Shown: positions 53,130-64,000 of the stretch, piece by piece
How positions within the stretch are numbered: the first letter of the stretch is position 1
How the letters are laid out: each line of letters begins with the position of its first letter
DNA from: Catajapyx aquilonaris
Taxonomy: Eukaryota
Assembly (NCBI GenBank): GCA_000934665.2
Contig: JYFJ02000088.1
Location: forward strand, 62,001 to 126,000
DNA: 64,000 nt
Direction: 5' to 3'
Made by a program: the position numbers and the translations under genes
The notes under the pieces: generated by a model
Seen by the model: the letters and a program-made list of their open reading frames with translations, nothing else
Told to the model about the DNA's origin: nothing
Databases searched by the model: none

Positions 53130-56100
53130 ATGGCTATGATGCGGGATTACCTGCACGTAGATGCCCACACCTGGTCACCTCCTTTTGTGGTAACCGAACG
53201 CTGGTTCATATATTCTGGACAGTCAGGGAAGACCAGGCGGACAATCTTCTTACAAAGCATCACCAATACTGCCAGAAAGGTTTAGTGTCACGTAATAATA
53301 AATACTGTATGATTTTATGCCGAACTCATTAGCTGTTGGGCCACCAGGAACCTATAACACTGTTCTTGGCCAATGAAAACCACGAGCAAGCAGTGAAGTC
53401 TCTGAGCATCGATTCAGCCGAACAGTTGCTATGTTCCTGCAGCAGCGACAGGGTCATTTTGTGGGACATACCTGACTCATCCAGCGGTGAGGATGCATGG
53501 GACGGGAAGCTTATAGGACAAGACCTGGGTAGTGTCGAGCTATGCCAGATCAGCCCAAATGCCGATTGGGTTGCGGTGGCCACCTTGATGAGGATCTGGA
53601 TCCTGAAGCTGCAGGTTGGATTTGCTTTGTTGGGTTCCGAATTTGTAATCATGCTAATAATGTGTAATGTTACAGTTTTCAGATGAGAGGAGGAATTTGG
53701 CATCACTGCTCACGGTTGACCATCACGCAAATTTGGAAGGACACATTGTGGATGTGACTGCCATGATATATATGAGCTCTAACCCTCGCATCCTTCTCAC
53801 TGTGGGGAGGAACAGTGCATGCAATGTTAGTATCAAATCACGGCACGAAATTGTCAAATAACTTCCAAATAATTGGATTAATCTTTAGTAGCTGGTGCTT
53901 ATCAATTGAAACCTGTCCGCAGCAGTCCCAAACAAAAGTTCAGTAGCGGACAAGATTCCGTTGTCTAAAGGGTCTGTTATCGACAGGATTTACTGCATAA
54001 GGCAATTGTTCTGAGCTTCGTAAATGATCTTGAAAAACTCTTTAACATCATCACAGGTGTGGAACATATGGTCCTGCACCATAGAGAAACAGGAGGGCCC
54101 CATAACAGGAAAATCCGTGACATGCTGCTCCTCTGATCCCTCCTCTAATCTGGTAGCCTTTGGAACCAACAGCGGACAGGTTTTGGTGTACAGTGTGGGT
54201 GACGCTGATGGCTTCCCAATGCGGAAGAATATTGTGCTAGACGTGGACAAGATTTTCAACAACCTAGATGAAGCGATGGAGAAAACAGAAACCAAACGAG
54301 TTGGCCCAGTGACAGTGAGTTGCCAGCCTTCATGGACGCAGCAACTTTCTCAGACAACCACTGAAGAAAGGGTCAAGCTAAGCAGCATGGTGCTTGCTAC
54401 AGCGTTTGTTCCAACGGGGAGGTGGGAAGAGGAAGGCAAGGACGCCCTCTTTCCGAGTGCTTCCACCATCCGGTTGGTAACTGTTCATATACCTATCTAA
54501 ACAGCCGTCAGATTCACATCAAAGAACTTAATTGCCACACCTACTGTTTCAGCACTATTATGTCAACAGGCTCATATCTTGTGGTGGCCAGCAACGTAGG
54601 TATCTGCGTGCTGGATTCAAAGTCATGGGAAGTTTTGCCTCCTGTGATCTACTTCGATAACTGCCAGCTGGACCTGAAAACCGTTTGCTCATGCTATCTC
54701 AGCCGAGGAAGTGATGCACAAACGGTGACATGTGCCATACAGACCTTACATAACAGGAAGAGATGGCACATACTGAGTCTCCTCATTCATGGTACACCAT
54801 ACCCAGAGAATCCTGCTGCACAAGTTGTTTCAAGGTTAATTGAAAATATTTTGACTCAAAGTACAACTGAATTTTAAAATGTACACTGTACTATGTAAAT
54901 ATGTAAACGTTACGAACCTAGAATGACAAACTGTTTGTTCTAGCACGACATTGGATGCCGACTCAGTGTTGAAGTGCAACCTCCGATTCACTACGGGAGT
55001 GGAATTGCCAAGTTGCATGAAACAGTCCAAGAAAGTAAAGTCTTCAGGGTACAACACTACTCCCAGGATGGCCATGTTTGGAAATAAAGTGAAGACGAAG
55101 CAAACCAAAAGCACAAATCCAAAGCCTCCAGCCGGTTTGGAAAAACTTGTTCCAAACTATCCCATCGACAGCCCTCCTCCCATACATCTCAAGGATAAGT
55201 GCCAGCTCTGGAAGGCCACGACTGGTGGAGGAACTGCCTTCAAGCTGGATTTTTCCAGCGATGGATCAGTTCTGGCGTGTGCTTCAAATAGAAGGGACAT
55301 TTATGTGGTGCCATGGGAAGAAAATGTTATCTTTCCCAACAAGGAACCATTCACCTTGCTTGGGCATGATGGAGCAGTGAATTCAGTGCATTTTAGCGCT
55401 GACAAAAGGTAAGGCGTTCAGTAATTAATCAATACTATTGAATGTGCTGCTGATGGGGTTATTTTGTGATGCAGGTGGCTGTTATCTGCTTCTGAGGATC
55501 ACACCGCTCGCATCTGGGACTGGAAGTGCAAGAAGGTCTTTCTCACTTTACACCAGGGCAAGGCATGCCAGGTCACCAAAAACCAGCCGGTGACGCAGGC
55601 CAGGTTCTACTATGTGGACCGCTTCCTGCTCTTAGCATCCAATGAAAACCTCACCATCCATGCATACACGCTGCAGAAACCTGGACAGAAGATGGTGGGG
55701 AAATACCCCATGAAATGCCAGAAGGTCACCTGCATTGCTGCTGCTAATCAATTCTATTCCTGTATCCTTTTTGATTGGAAGAGATGCACTGTTATTTTCA
55801 CCTGTGCCTGACACATGGCACTTACACGTCAGTTTTTTCCGACCCCTTTACACAAAGACACAGCAAATTAGCCGTTTGCATGCCTAGCCAATAGGAGTCG
55901 AGGAAAATGCACATCAGCACATTGCTGTAAGGTTGGGTTTTCTATGAAGTTGTCTGGTTTAACCTTATGGCAATGTGCGGATGCACCTATTCAGGAGGAC
56001 GGCAGTACAGGGTTCTTCATGCTGACAAATGAAATAATGGTAATTCTAACAACAAAAATGTTCCTTACATTGACCCATAGATGTTGTGGCATGTGGTTGC

Positions 56101-56559
56101 AGTGACCGTCACATACGTGTGATGGACTTGAATGTGGGGAGCATATGCATGGACATACTTGCTGGAGGGGTGCCTCATTCCCTTTCTCTGAACGAGGGCT
56201 CCCCAGCAGTCTCCCACCCACCTCGTGCGTATGACCTGGCATTAACCTCCTCCCTTTTTGATGGGACGCGGATGTGGGACCTGCGGACCGGGCGCTGTGT
56301 GCAAGCCTACCTGCAGCACTCGGCCAAGTCCAGGAAGTGCAGGGCTGCTCTCAGTCCATGCGCAAGGTACGTGGCAGCCAGCTCGGAAGACAAGTGCGTG
56401 TTTGTGTATGACACTAGGTGGGCTACAGAGAAAGCAGCTTGCAGGGTGAAAGGGGCAGGTGACGTGATTATGGACGTGGCTTTTCACCCTGCTGAGCCTG
56501 CCTTGGTGGCTGCAGCTCTAGATGGATCATTGACTACTTTCCTCAGCCAGCCAACCTAG
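53130..56559 (+). CDS. WDR27: WD repeat-containing protein 27
   Basis: Exons 53130-53279 (start uncertain), 53333-53614, 53676-53825, 54057-54472, 54553-54834, 54944-55408, 55475-55761, 56081-56559. Two WD40 clusters with linker KKVKSSGY..TPRMAMF, plus ARFYYVDRFLLLAS, ANQFYS, MWDLRTGRCV, SPCARYVAASSEDK as in WDR27. Confidence 0.85.
55762..56080 (+). other. U12-type (minor spliceosome) GT-AG intron in WDR27
   Basis: Donor T|GTATCCTTTT; branch-like TTCCTTAC at 56061-56068 close to the TAG acceptor with no polypyrimidine tract; removal restores FYSYVVACG. Confidence 0.85.
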
Positions 56560-56816
56560 CTGGACAGTGACAGCTTTCTATGTTTACCGTATCAAGTATA
56601 AATATACTGTTTTACCAAATCATTATTCAAGAAATAAACTTGTGGTTTTTTTCCGGGAGCATGCAAACTAAACGTGTGTCTGGAAGATATCGGGGGGCAC
56701 CAATAATGAGGCTGCTGAAAATAACGGAACGAAGTTTTATAGCCCTATCTACACAGCATACGCTACAAACCCAGTGTGCCGAGATGAAGCGCAGCCTTTA
56801 CATTCTCACCAGGAAA

Positions 56817-59800
56817 TCACGATGCATTCACAGCAGGACCAATCCTCTTGTGCTGCAGGGGTTCAAATGGACTAATCCCTCGGATGTATGGCTCCAAGTT
56901 TGTAACGTAGGTGTCTGCGGTCAATTCATCCATAGGAATTTCTGCTTCAGCCTTGGCCTTTTTCACAGCCTCGTCAATGGTTTGCCGTACCTCCTGCTCG
57001 ATTTTCTGCAAGAAGTTTTTCGAATTAGCCTGGTGGGAAACAATGGGTGGATTGCAAAGATCGGAGCAATCCATGGAAAAATGCACACCTTGAGTTCTTC
57101 AGGACTGGCCAATTGGGTGTTCAGCATCTTCTCTTTGAAGGATGTGATTGGATCTCTGGTCTGCCTGACCTCTTGGATTTCCTCCCTAGTCCTGTAGCTG
57201 GTTCCCGGATCAGACATGGAGTGTCCACTGTACCTGTACGTGGCGGCCTCCATGACCAGTGGCCCCTTTCCAGATGTGCAATACTCAATTCCGAACTTCA
57301 TGGCTTCTCTGACGGCCAGGACATCCATGCCGTCTATCCACATCCCAGGAACATAGTCTCCACGGGTATAGTAGGTGGTGCTTGCTGAAGCCCTGTCTGA
57401 GGAGGTGCCCATGCCGTAGCCATTGTTCTCACAGATGAAGATGCAGGGCAAGCTCCACAGCTTGGCCATGTTGTATGCCTCAAACACCTGACCTTGGTTA
57501 GCAGCTCCATCACCATAAAGGGCGAGGCACACACCTCCATTTTCTGTGTACTTGTGTGCAAATGCAATACCTGCTCCCAATGGTACCTGTCAGATAAGAG
57601 AACCAAAAAAACCTTACTATTTCTAGTGAGGGTTAAGATTGACAATTACAGTAACAAGTGGTACAAACTTGTGCTCCAACAATGCCATTTCCACCAAAGA
57701 AAGTTTTTGTGTACATGTGCATGGATCCTCCCTTTCCTCGCGCACAACCTGACTTCCTTCCAACCAGCTCGGCCAACACCTCCAGAGGGGTAGCTCCCAT
57801 CAGGTATGTCCATCCATGAGCACGATATGCTGTAATTACTGTGTCCTGTGGTCGGAGGACAGAAGACATTCCAACTGCAACAGCCTCCTAGCATGACGAA
57901 GGGGACTGGTTACATTCCAATGTTAATGGTGCAGGACAACAATAGCAACACCGATATCGCTGACATCCACTTCTAGGTTTTTGTGATAATAAGAGCCATA
58001 GAACTGCCATAAGAGCTGAAGGCAGTTCAGAACCCCATGAACTGCACATGCATCTGACAAGGGAACTGTAAGTGTTGTAAATCATGGAGTTACTCAATGA
58101 AACTTGGCACAATAATATAGGCAGGTAAGTTAGACAAAATGCAAACAGTTTCTGCGGAACAATACAATGTCAAGAGTTATGACCTCTCGAAGTCACAAGG
58201 GACACTTTCCAAGGTCTCGCTGATTTTCTTGAAATTCGGTAGGCGTACATTGGTAGCCCACCCCAAGGGATGAAAAACACGTAAAGTGACTTGCTCAAAA
58301 TGACCCAGTGACCCCTTCTTGGGGGGCAGAGGTCAACTCGTAAATGCAGAAAACTCACTGATTTTCTTGAAATTCGGTGCATTGGTAGCCCCCATAAAGG
58401 GGTCACCGGGTCATTTTGAGCAGGTCACTTTAGGTGCATTTTTCATCCCTTGGGGTGGGCTACCAATGTACCGAATTTTAAGAAAATCGGTGAGACCTTG
58501 GAAGGTGTCCCTTGTGAATTCGAGAGGTCATAACTTTTGACCTTGTATCGTTCTGCAAAAACGGTTTGCATTTTGTTTAATAAATTACCTGCCTACATTA
58601 TTGCACCAAGTTTCATTGAGCAACTCCATTTACAACACTTACAGTTCCCTTCTGAGACACACCACTAAAGGTACATCATCAACTAGCAGACATTACCAGT
58701 CATTGGTTCAGTGGTGCGTACAACTGATAACAGCTGCTAAACCAGTAGTTACCAACTGTTTTTTGCTCCCCCTACACACACCGAAAATTATGAAGGCACC
58801 CCTAACTTTACATTAGTGTAATACTCCTTGCGAATTGTCATACGCAATATTGCATGGGGAATAGTAAATAGAGCTGCATTACATTTCAACCAGTATTATG
58901 ACACTTATTATAATTATAAAACTAGTAGTGAACCTGTTGCTAAATTTTGCAAACACTGCCTGCCCCCTCTCCCACTTGGATGGAAGTACAGTACAATAGG
59001 CCACTACCAGTTGGTGCATAGGCTCTCCCTCTGCACACTATTGCCACTCTCAGGGGGAAAGTAGTGGCTTACTACATGTTGGTGATTAGTCACACCTCGC
59101 AGACAAATCCCACCAGGGTGGCCTTGCCTCCGTTGAAGTGTGTTCCAAGTTGGGACACACTTGGCTGGGACTCCCAACCTCTATGACTGCTGCAGAGAGT
59201 GAACCTTTTGTGTCCTGTCGTTACTGAACAGGGAAACTGACAACTACGGTAACTACCTGCACGCAGGTGATAAGCCAACGCGTCTAGCGAATTCTGAATA
59301 TGAGGAGGAGGATCTTTCTGCTAAAGTGGATTATTATCCATGAGGAGGGTTAATCTGCAAGGTGAATTATATTATCCATCAGGAGGATTAATCCCCTAGG
59401 CAAATGATTCACCTAGCAGATTAATCCTCTAGGTGAATTATTCACCTAGCAGATTAATCCTCTAGGTGAATTATTCACCTAGCAGATTAATCGTCCTCAT
59501 GGATAATAATTCACCTAGAGGATTAATCCTCCTCATGGATAATAATTCACCTAGCGGATTAATCCTCCTTGCGGATAATAATTAAATTCACCTAGAGGAT
59601 TAATCCTCCTCATGGATAATAATTATTATTATCAATGAGGAGGATTAATCCGCTAGGTGAGTTACTATCCACTAGTAGCGGACTCACTGCTAAATTTTGG
59701 CAACACTGCTAGCCCGCCCCCCACTTGGCTCATGGGCTCTCCCTCTGCACACTACTGCTCTCAGGGGGAAAGTAGAGAACTACATGCACGTTGATGATGA

Positions 59801-60775
59801 GTCACCGCAGGGACAAAGCCCACCAGGATGCTATGACCAGCGCCTGTCTTGACTTCATGGAAGTGGAGTCCACCCTCTCTGACTGCTATATCCTCCTGAG
59901 ACCTGATGTCCAATATATTGGACATCAGGTCTCAGGAGGATATGCCCTCTAATAATTGTTGAACTGGGAAAGTGAAAACTGCTAAATTCTACTTCTTAGG
60001 CAATGAGTCAACTTGCTTATGACCGGACAAACTTGTAGGCAGAGAATAAGGGGATTAGGTGTATACATTATAACACCCTCGATTTCTGTTTTCATTTTCA
60101 CTGGCCATAATGGCAGGAAACTATGATGTGCAGAATTTTCGCGGCACCCCAGTTGGGAACCACTGCGCTAAACCATCAAAGAATGATCTACTTTCAGTGG
60201 TACAACCAGCATAGCAGTCACAAAAGATTACAACCTCATGATGAAATTACTCCAGGGACATTTTAACCCACCCTTCATCCAAACAGCATAAAATGCAAAA
60301 CTCCCAGACACCAGCTCTTGGAAGGATTTCGTCATTATAACCATACACACCTGTCCAGAGTACAAGTGGCAAAACCCTCGAATGGCCTTCTCCTTATAGA
60401 GATTTCCAGCAGCAGTTTCCATCCGCCGGACGATCTGCATCTTCTTGAACAGCTTCAACGCCTCATCTTTACTGATCTTCGCCTGCGTCGGTGGCTCACT
60501 TTCCAACCTGTGCAATTTGCATGGCTAAAACGGAATGAACCATGTAACAACTCCACTAGCGGTATACCAGCGGTATTAAAAGTGTCATCTATACCTTGAT
60601 CTCAAATGTAACTTCAGTGGAGTACGACTTGGCCACTCCACCGGCTGCAACCTTGGGCACCTACAAACAAACCGCACCATCACTAACCCTGAAGCATTAC
60701 CCCCAAAGGGGTCCTCACCGTCCAAAAAGTGTTTCTGGCAGGTCCCAACAGACACAGAGCCCTGGAAGCCATCAT
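56817..60775 (-). CDS. PDHA1: Pyruvate dehydrogenase E1 alpha subunit, mitochondrial
   Basis: Minus-strand exons 60775-60719, 60660-60595, 60524-60351, 57887-57669, 57586-57089, 57005-56817, all phase 0. [23 protein letters not shown] motif [13 protein letters not shown], phospho-loop [14 protein letters not shown]. Confidence 0.97.
58059..58651. mobile_element. Foldback-type non-autonomous DNA transposon with ~260-bp inverted arms, in PDHA1 intron 3
   Basis: AAGGGAACTGTAAGTGTTGTAAAT... pairs with ...ATTTACAACACTTACAGTTCCCTT; pairing continues to about 58320/58390; CTGA on both flanks may be a 3-4 bp TSD. Confidence 0.9.
58921..59830 (-). repeat. Two diverged direct repeats (about 58921-59120 and 59671-59830), possibly Helitron 3' ends on the minus strand
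   Basis: Both begin ACTAGTAG..TGCTAAATTTTG and share GGCTCTCCCTCTGCACACTA, CTCTCAGGGGGAAAGTAG, CCCACCAGG; on the minus strand they end CTAGT after a weak hairpin. Confidence 0.6.
59320..59679. repeat. Array of palindromic 33-36 bp units in mixed orientation
   Basis: Units ATTCACCTAGCAGATTAATCCTCTAGGTGAATT and ATTCACCTAGAGGATTAATCCTCCTCATGGATAATA, with reverse-complement units at both ends; about nine GATTAATC-type cores. Confidence 0.9.
59888..59943. repeat. Perfect 56-bp palindrome
   Basis: ATATCCTCCTGAGACCTGATGTCCAATA followed directly by its reverse complement TATTGGACATCAGGTCTCAGGAGGATAT. Confidence 0.95.
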
Positions 60776-61245
60776 GTCCTACTGCAACCTTGAAGAGGGT
60801 ACCCCTTAGAGAGCAGTGTGGCCAACTGGCAGTGAGCAGCAGACGACACCAGTTGCCATCTTGGACATCGGGCAGCAGTGGTGCCAAACCCACCCGATCG
60901 AAGATCAGCACTGGCAGTGTTGCCACCTGGCGAGCACGACACGGAATAGTTCGCACACCCGTTGGCAGGTGGCAGGACTGTCGGTTGCATCAGGCGCGCA
61001 GTGGCAGGGGTCTAGCCATCTGGTGGTCGGGACGTGCACTTGACGGGATCAGTCGTCCGTCGCCCCTCGGTGGTGGGTGTCCCTCCCTCCCTCCCTGTCC
61101 CTCACCCTCGTCCCTTTTTCCCTCATCCAGCCTCCTCCTCCACCCACCGATGGGCAGGGTTTGTCGTCTGCTGGGCCGCCTGCTGCCCCGCCTCGTCCTC
61201 AGCGTCAGGACCAGCAGGACCAGCAGGACCAAAGGAGGGAAGAAG
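60776..61245. promoter_or_regulatory. Shared divergent promoter region of PDHA1 and RWDD3
   Basis: Start codons are head-to-head and 470 nt apart; region is GC- and CpG-rich relative to the window. Confidence 0.7.
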
Positions 61246-64000
61246 ATGAACCCGGAGATCGAGGCAGAGCTGGAGATGCTCCAGTCCGTCTTCTGCCTGC
61301 CTGGAGAATTCGACCTCAGGCTCAAAGGTAAGGAGAGATGGAAAGGGTGCAAGGAACATGACTGATGCCTTTCAATCGCAGGTGATGCTGCGGTGGTGTT
61401 CTCCATCTGCCACCACAAGAACGAGCTGCAGCATGATTTGATACTCACATTCCAGATGGACCGGCACTATCCAAAGTCACTGCCGTTGGTGTCCGTGCAG
61501 GTAGGTATGGAGCCGTGTGCGTACATTGCAAGTCTTTAAACCTGCCGTGCGTTTCCAGTGTGCGGCGCTGACCTACAGGCAGAGTGAGGCGTTGAAGTCG
61601 GACCTTAAAAAGGAGCTGGATGTGGTCAAAGGGCAGCCTGTTGTTATGCACATCATGTCGTGGCTGAAGGAGAACATAGGGAGCTTGGCCTCGCCGGTGA
61701 CAAACGAGGCGCCGGTGTGCACTGAAGAGACTGCCCCTGCTAATGAAGGTACTGTGGTTCATTTCGAAGCGAGTACGGTCTCTGTAAAGGACTCTCCTCA
61801 GCTCTGGATACACTACTGCTGCACATCAATCACATGAGAGCAAAGCGGCAGTACGTCAAGATTATCACCAGTTGGTGTCGAGAACTAGATCTCGTTGGGA
61901 GGCTGCTCCTGCAAGGGAAGTGGATCTTCCTGATTCTTCAAGGCATTGAGCGGAATGTGAAGGTACACTTCACTTAGTTTCAGCTGAGGTGTTTAAGTAA
62001 TTTGTTGAGCCATTGTTAAAAACATGGAGAGTCGACGCATGTGTTCCAAGCTGGCATGTCATTTTTCTATACAAGTATCATATGTATGCATGGTAAATAC
62101 TGATAAAATTTTCCAGAAATTGCAGCCATAACTGTTCTGTTAATTCCTCCCTTTCATCCTTCTTTTTATGACTTGCATGTGAGGTGATATTTGACCTTGG
62201 CTTCTCTACAGTGCATGTTGGTGTGGCAGGCATCTGAAGTATACGAGTTTCTTGATCATTAATAAAGATTATAAGACAGCATGATAAATGACCAGAAATG
62301 GTCATGCAAATGGTGATCGAATGGATTTTTATAATTAGCAGGTAAAGCCACGATTTCAAGGATGAATTAACCGCAGAGGAATTGATTTTGAAAATGGAGC
62401 GAAAAATAACTGCATTACCATGAAATCATGCCTGAGCTCATTTGTGACAAAAATGGTTATATTAATTGGACAATTAATCCAGTTATTGCAAAAGCTATGA
62501 TCCGAATGTCGTAAGTTCCACGACAAGAAAAATTTACCAGGATGCATAACTATTTATGTTCTGCTACTTCTCATTCAAGTTATATATTATGCAGTCATCC
62601 TCTACTTGTGATGTGAAATAAAATCATACCGTCATGTTTAAAAAATGATTAGAGTAAACCCTTAATATAAAGCTCTTCAAGGGACCACCCAAATGTATTG
62701 TTATAAGCAGAATAGCGTTATATGCTGGAAAATTTACCTTATGGAAATTATCAAGGGACCAGAAAAAAGGGGCATTAAGAGAGGGAAAGGGTTATACATG
62801 GTGAAGGACAATCGCCAGGTAAACTGATAGTAGGCCTACTCATAAAACTAATATAGGTATGTGCAATTAGTTTTTGGTGTCTTTGCATAGTTAATGCATA
62901 CGGAGCTGTCAAAGTTTCGTGATGTCGTCACATCTGTTCCGCCAGCTTCAAAGTAGCAAAAGTCATCTCGAGGGTCTCCGAGTAATCCGGCCTTGGGTCT
63001 GTAACACGTCGTCCATGTGCAATAGGGGATCAAATCCTGTCAAGTCAGATTCTGGGTGCGACACCCATGAACGTTGTCATTTTTGCCTAATATTTTACCA
63101 TCTGGCCCACTACACTTGAAAGACTCCATACACATTAACTATGCAACGGCGCCAAAAACTAATTGCACATCCTTATATTTTGCAAGTACTGTCAATCTAC
63201 CTGGCAAATTGTCTGCGAGTTGCCTTTCACCCTGTATGCGGGAGCATTATATCAAGGTTTTGCTGTTATTAATCATTGGCAATTAAAAACAACATTCCAC
63301 ATGTTACACTGTGCAGCTCACTTTTGAGCATATGTGATGTAAAATATGCCGTGAACAAATGAGGGCACAAATTTTTCTGCAATTTCACATTTAAATACTG
63401 CAGGTTCTGCATACTTATATGGTGGCAAGAAATTGATCCATTGAGCTTCACGAGAACTGGGCCAGACGAACTGCTATTTCACATGCAATTGTTACTTTTA
63501 GATCCATATAATGGTGCAATTACTCTGTCTTCTCACGTGCATGGACTTTAATTTATCGAGTGCATTTTGTTACTTGATGACACGCATGTAATGGCCTACC
63601 CACTATGAGCCAAAAAAGAAAGAGTGACATTAGAAATCAGACAGCCTTGTTGGTATGTTACAGCCTTACAGGAAGCCTTATCTGTCTGACTTTAAAGCAC
63701 TATATTCTGACTGTATGAAGTTTGGAATGCCATAGTCATTGATTGATCCCTTTTATAAGCAAGTCACTTCAGTCCAAACTTTATCATAGCAATTTGCAAC
63801 TTGATAATTATCACTGCCAGTGAATGTCTCAACCCCTGGAGATGATAATCACGCACTTGTACATTCCACAGGCTTATTTGATTCGTCACAAGAGCCAGAA
63901 TGTAGACGTGGATTCATCCGGACGGAGCTGCAAAGAACGAATGCTGATGGTCCTGAGTGAAAGTGCACTGCCAAAAATATTTCCAGACTTCCGTGTCCAA
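61246..64000 (+). CDS. RWDD3: RWD domain-containing protein 3 (RSUME), 3' end beyond window
   Basis: Exons 61246-61327, 61382-61500, 61559-61748, 61802(or 61790)-61962, 63872->64000. RWD motifs ELEMLQSVFCLPGEF and YPKSLP; LLHINHMRAKRQYVK..W..ELDLVGRL; VDVDSSGRSCKERM as in RWDD3. Confidence 0.9.
62650..62800. mobile_element. Degenerate pogo/Tigger-like MITE fragment in RWDD3 intron
   Basis: AGAGTAAACCCTTAATATAAAGCTCTTCAAGGGACCA start with an internal repeat of TCAAGGGACCA; right end not resolved. Confidence 0.35.
62851..63178. mobile_element. MITE with ~60-bp terminal inverted repeats, TA-flanked, in RWDD3 intron
   Basis: ATATAGGTATGTGCAATTAGTTTTTGGTGTCTTTGCATAGTTAATG pairs with CATTAACTATGCAACGGCGCCAAAAACTAATTGCACATCCTTATAT. 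Confidence 0.85.

Noticed and set aside
56580..57197. 205-aa plus-strand ORF
   Set aside because: Antisense shadow of PDHA1 exons; no recognisable domain.
58170..58816. ORFs sharing peptides ([25 protein letters not shown])
   Set aside because: Similarity arises from the two arms of the foldback element, not from duplicated genes.
59320..59679. CRISPR-like array (palindromic 33-36 bp repeats)
   Set aside because: No unique spacers, units in mixed orientation, no cas genes, and it lies in a spliceosomal intron of a eukaryotic gene.
60790..61245. Long N-terminal extension of RWDD3 suggested by the 191-aa ORF
   Set aside because: Begins at a non-ATG codon in GC-rich promoter/UTR sequence; RWD homology starts at the ATG at 61246.

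Overview
Intron-rich eukaryotic genomic DNA, AT-rich and most likely from an arthropod (TCAGTT initiator, tRNA-derived SINE, Helitron and MITE families, insect-like desaturases); the exact taxon cannot be called from the sequence. The first ~45 kb hold a tandem array of five intact, same-strand acyl-CoA (first/Delta-9-family) desaturase paralogues separated by long TE-containing spacers. The last ~19 kb is gene-dense: a vanin/biotinidase-family amidohydrolase, an ENPP4/5-like ectonucleotide pyrophosphatase, NDUFV2, WDR27, PDHA1 (minus strand) and RWDD3 (runs off the end). Exon boundaries were read by hand from splice signals and frame continuity. Main points of interest: all five desaturases have a small residue where SCD1 has the tunnel-capping Tyr and share an unusual NSY(A/T)H motif; a vanin+ENPP pair (possible CoA-breakdown pair) sits next to the array; WDR27 has a U12-type intron; desaturase 1 has a probable GC-AG intron; a possible gene-conversion tract; and several palindromic TE-derived structures.
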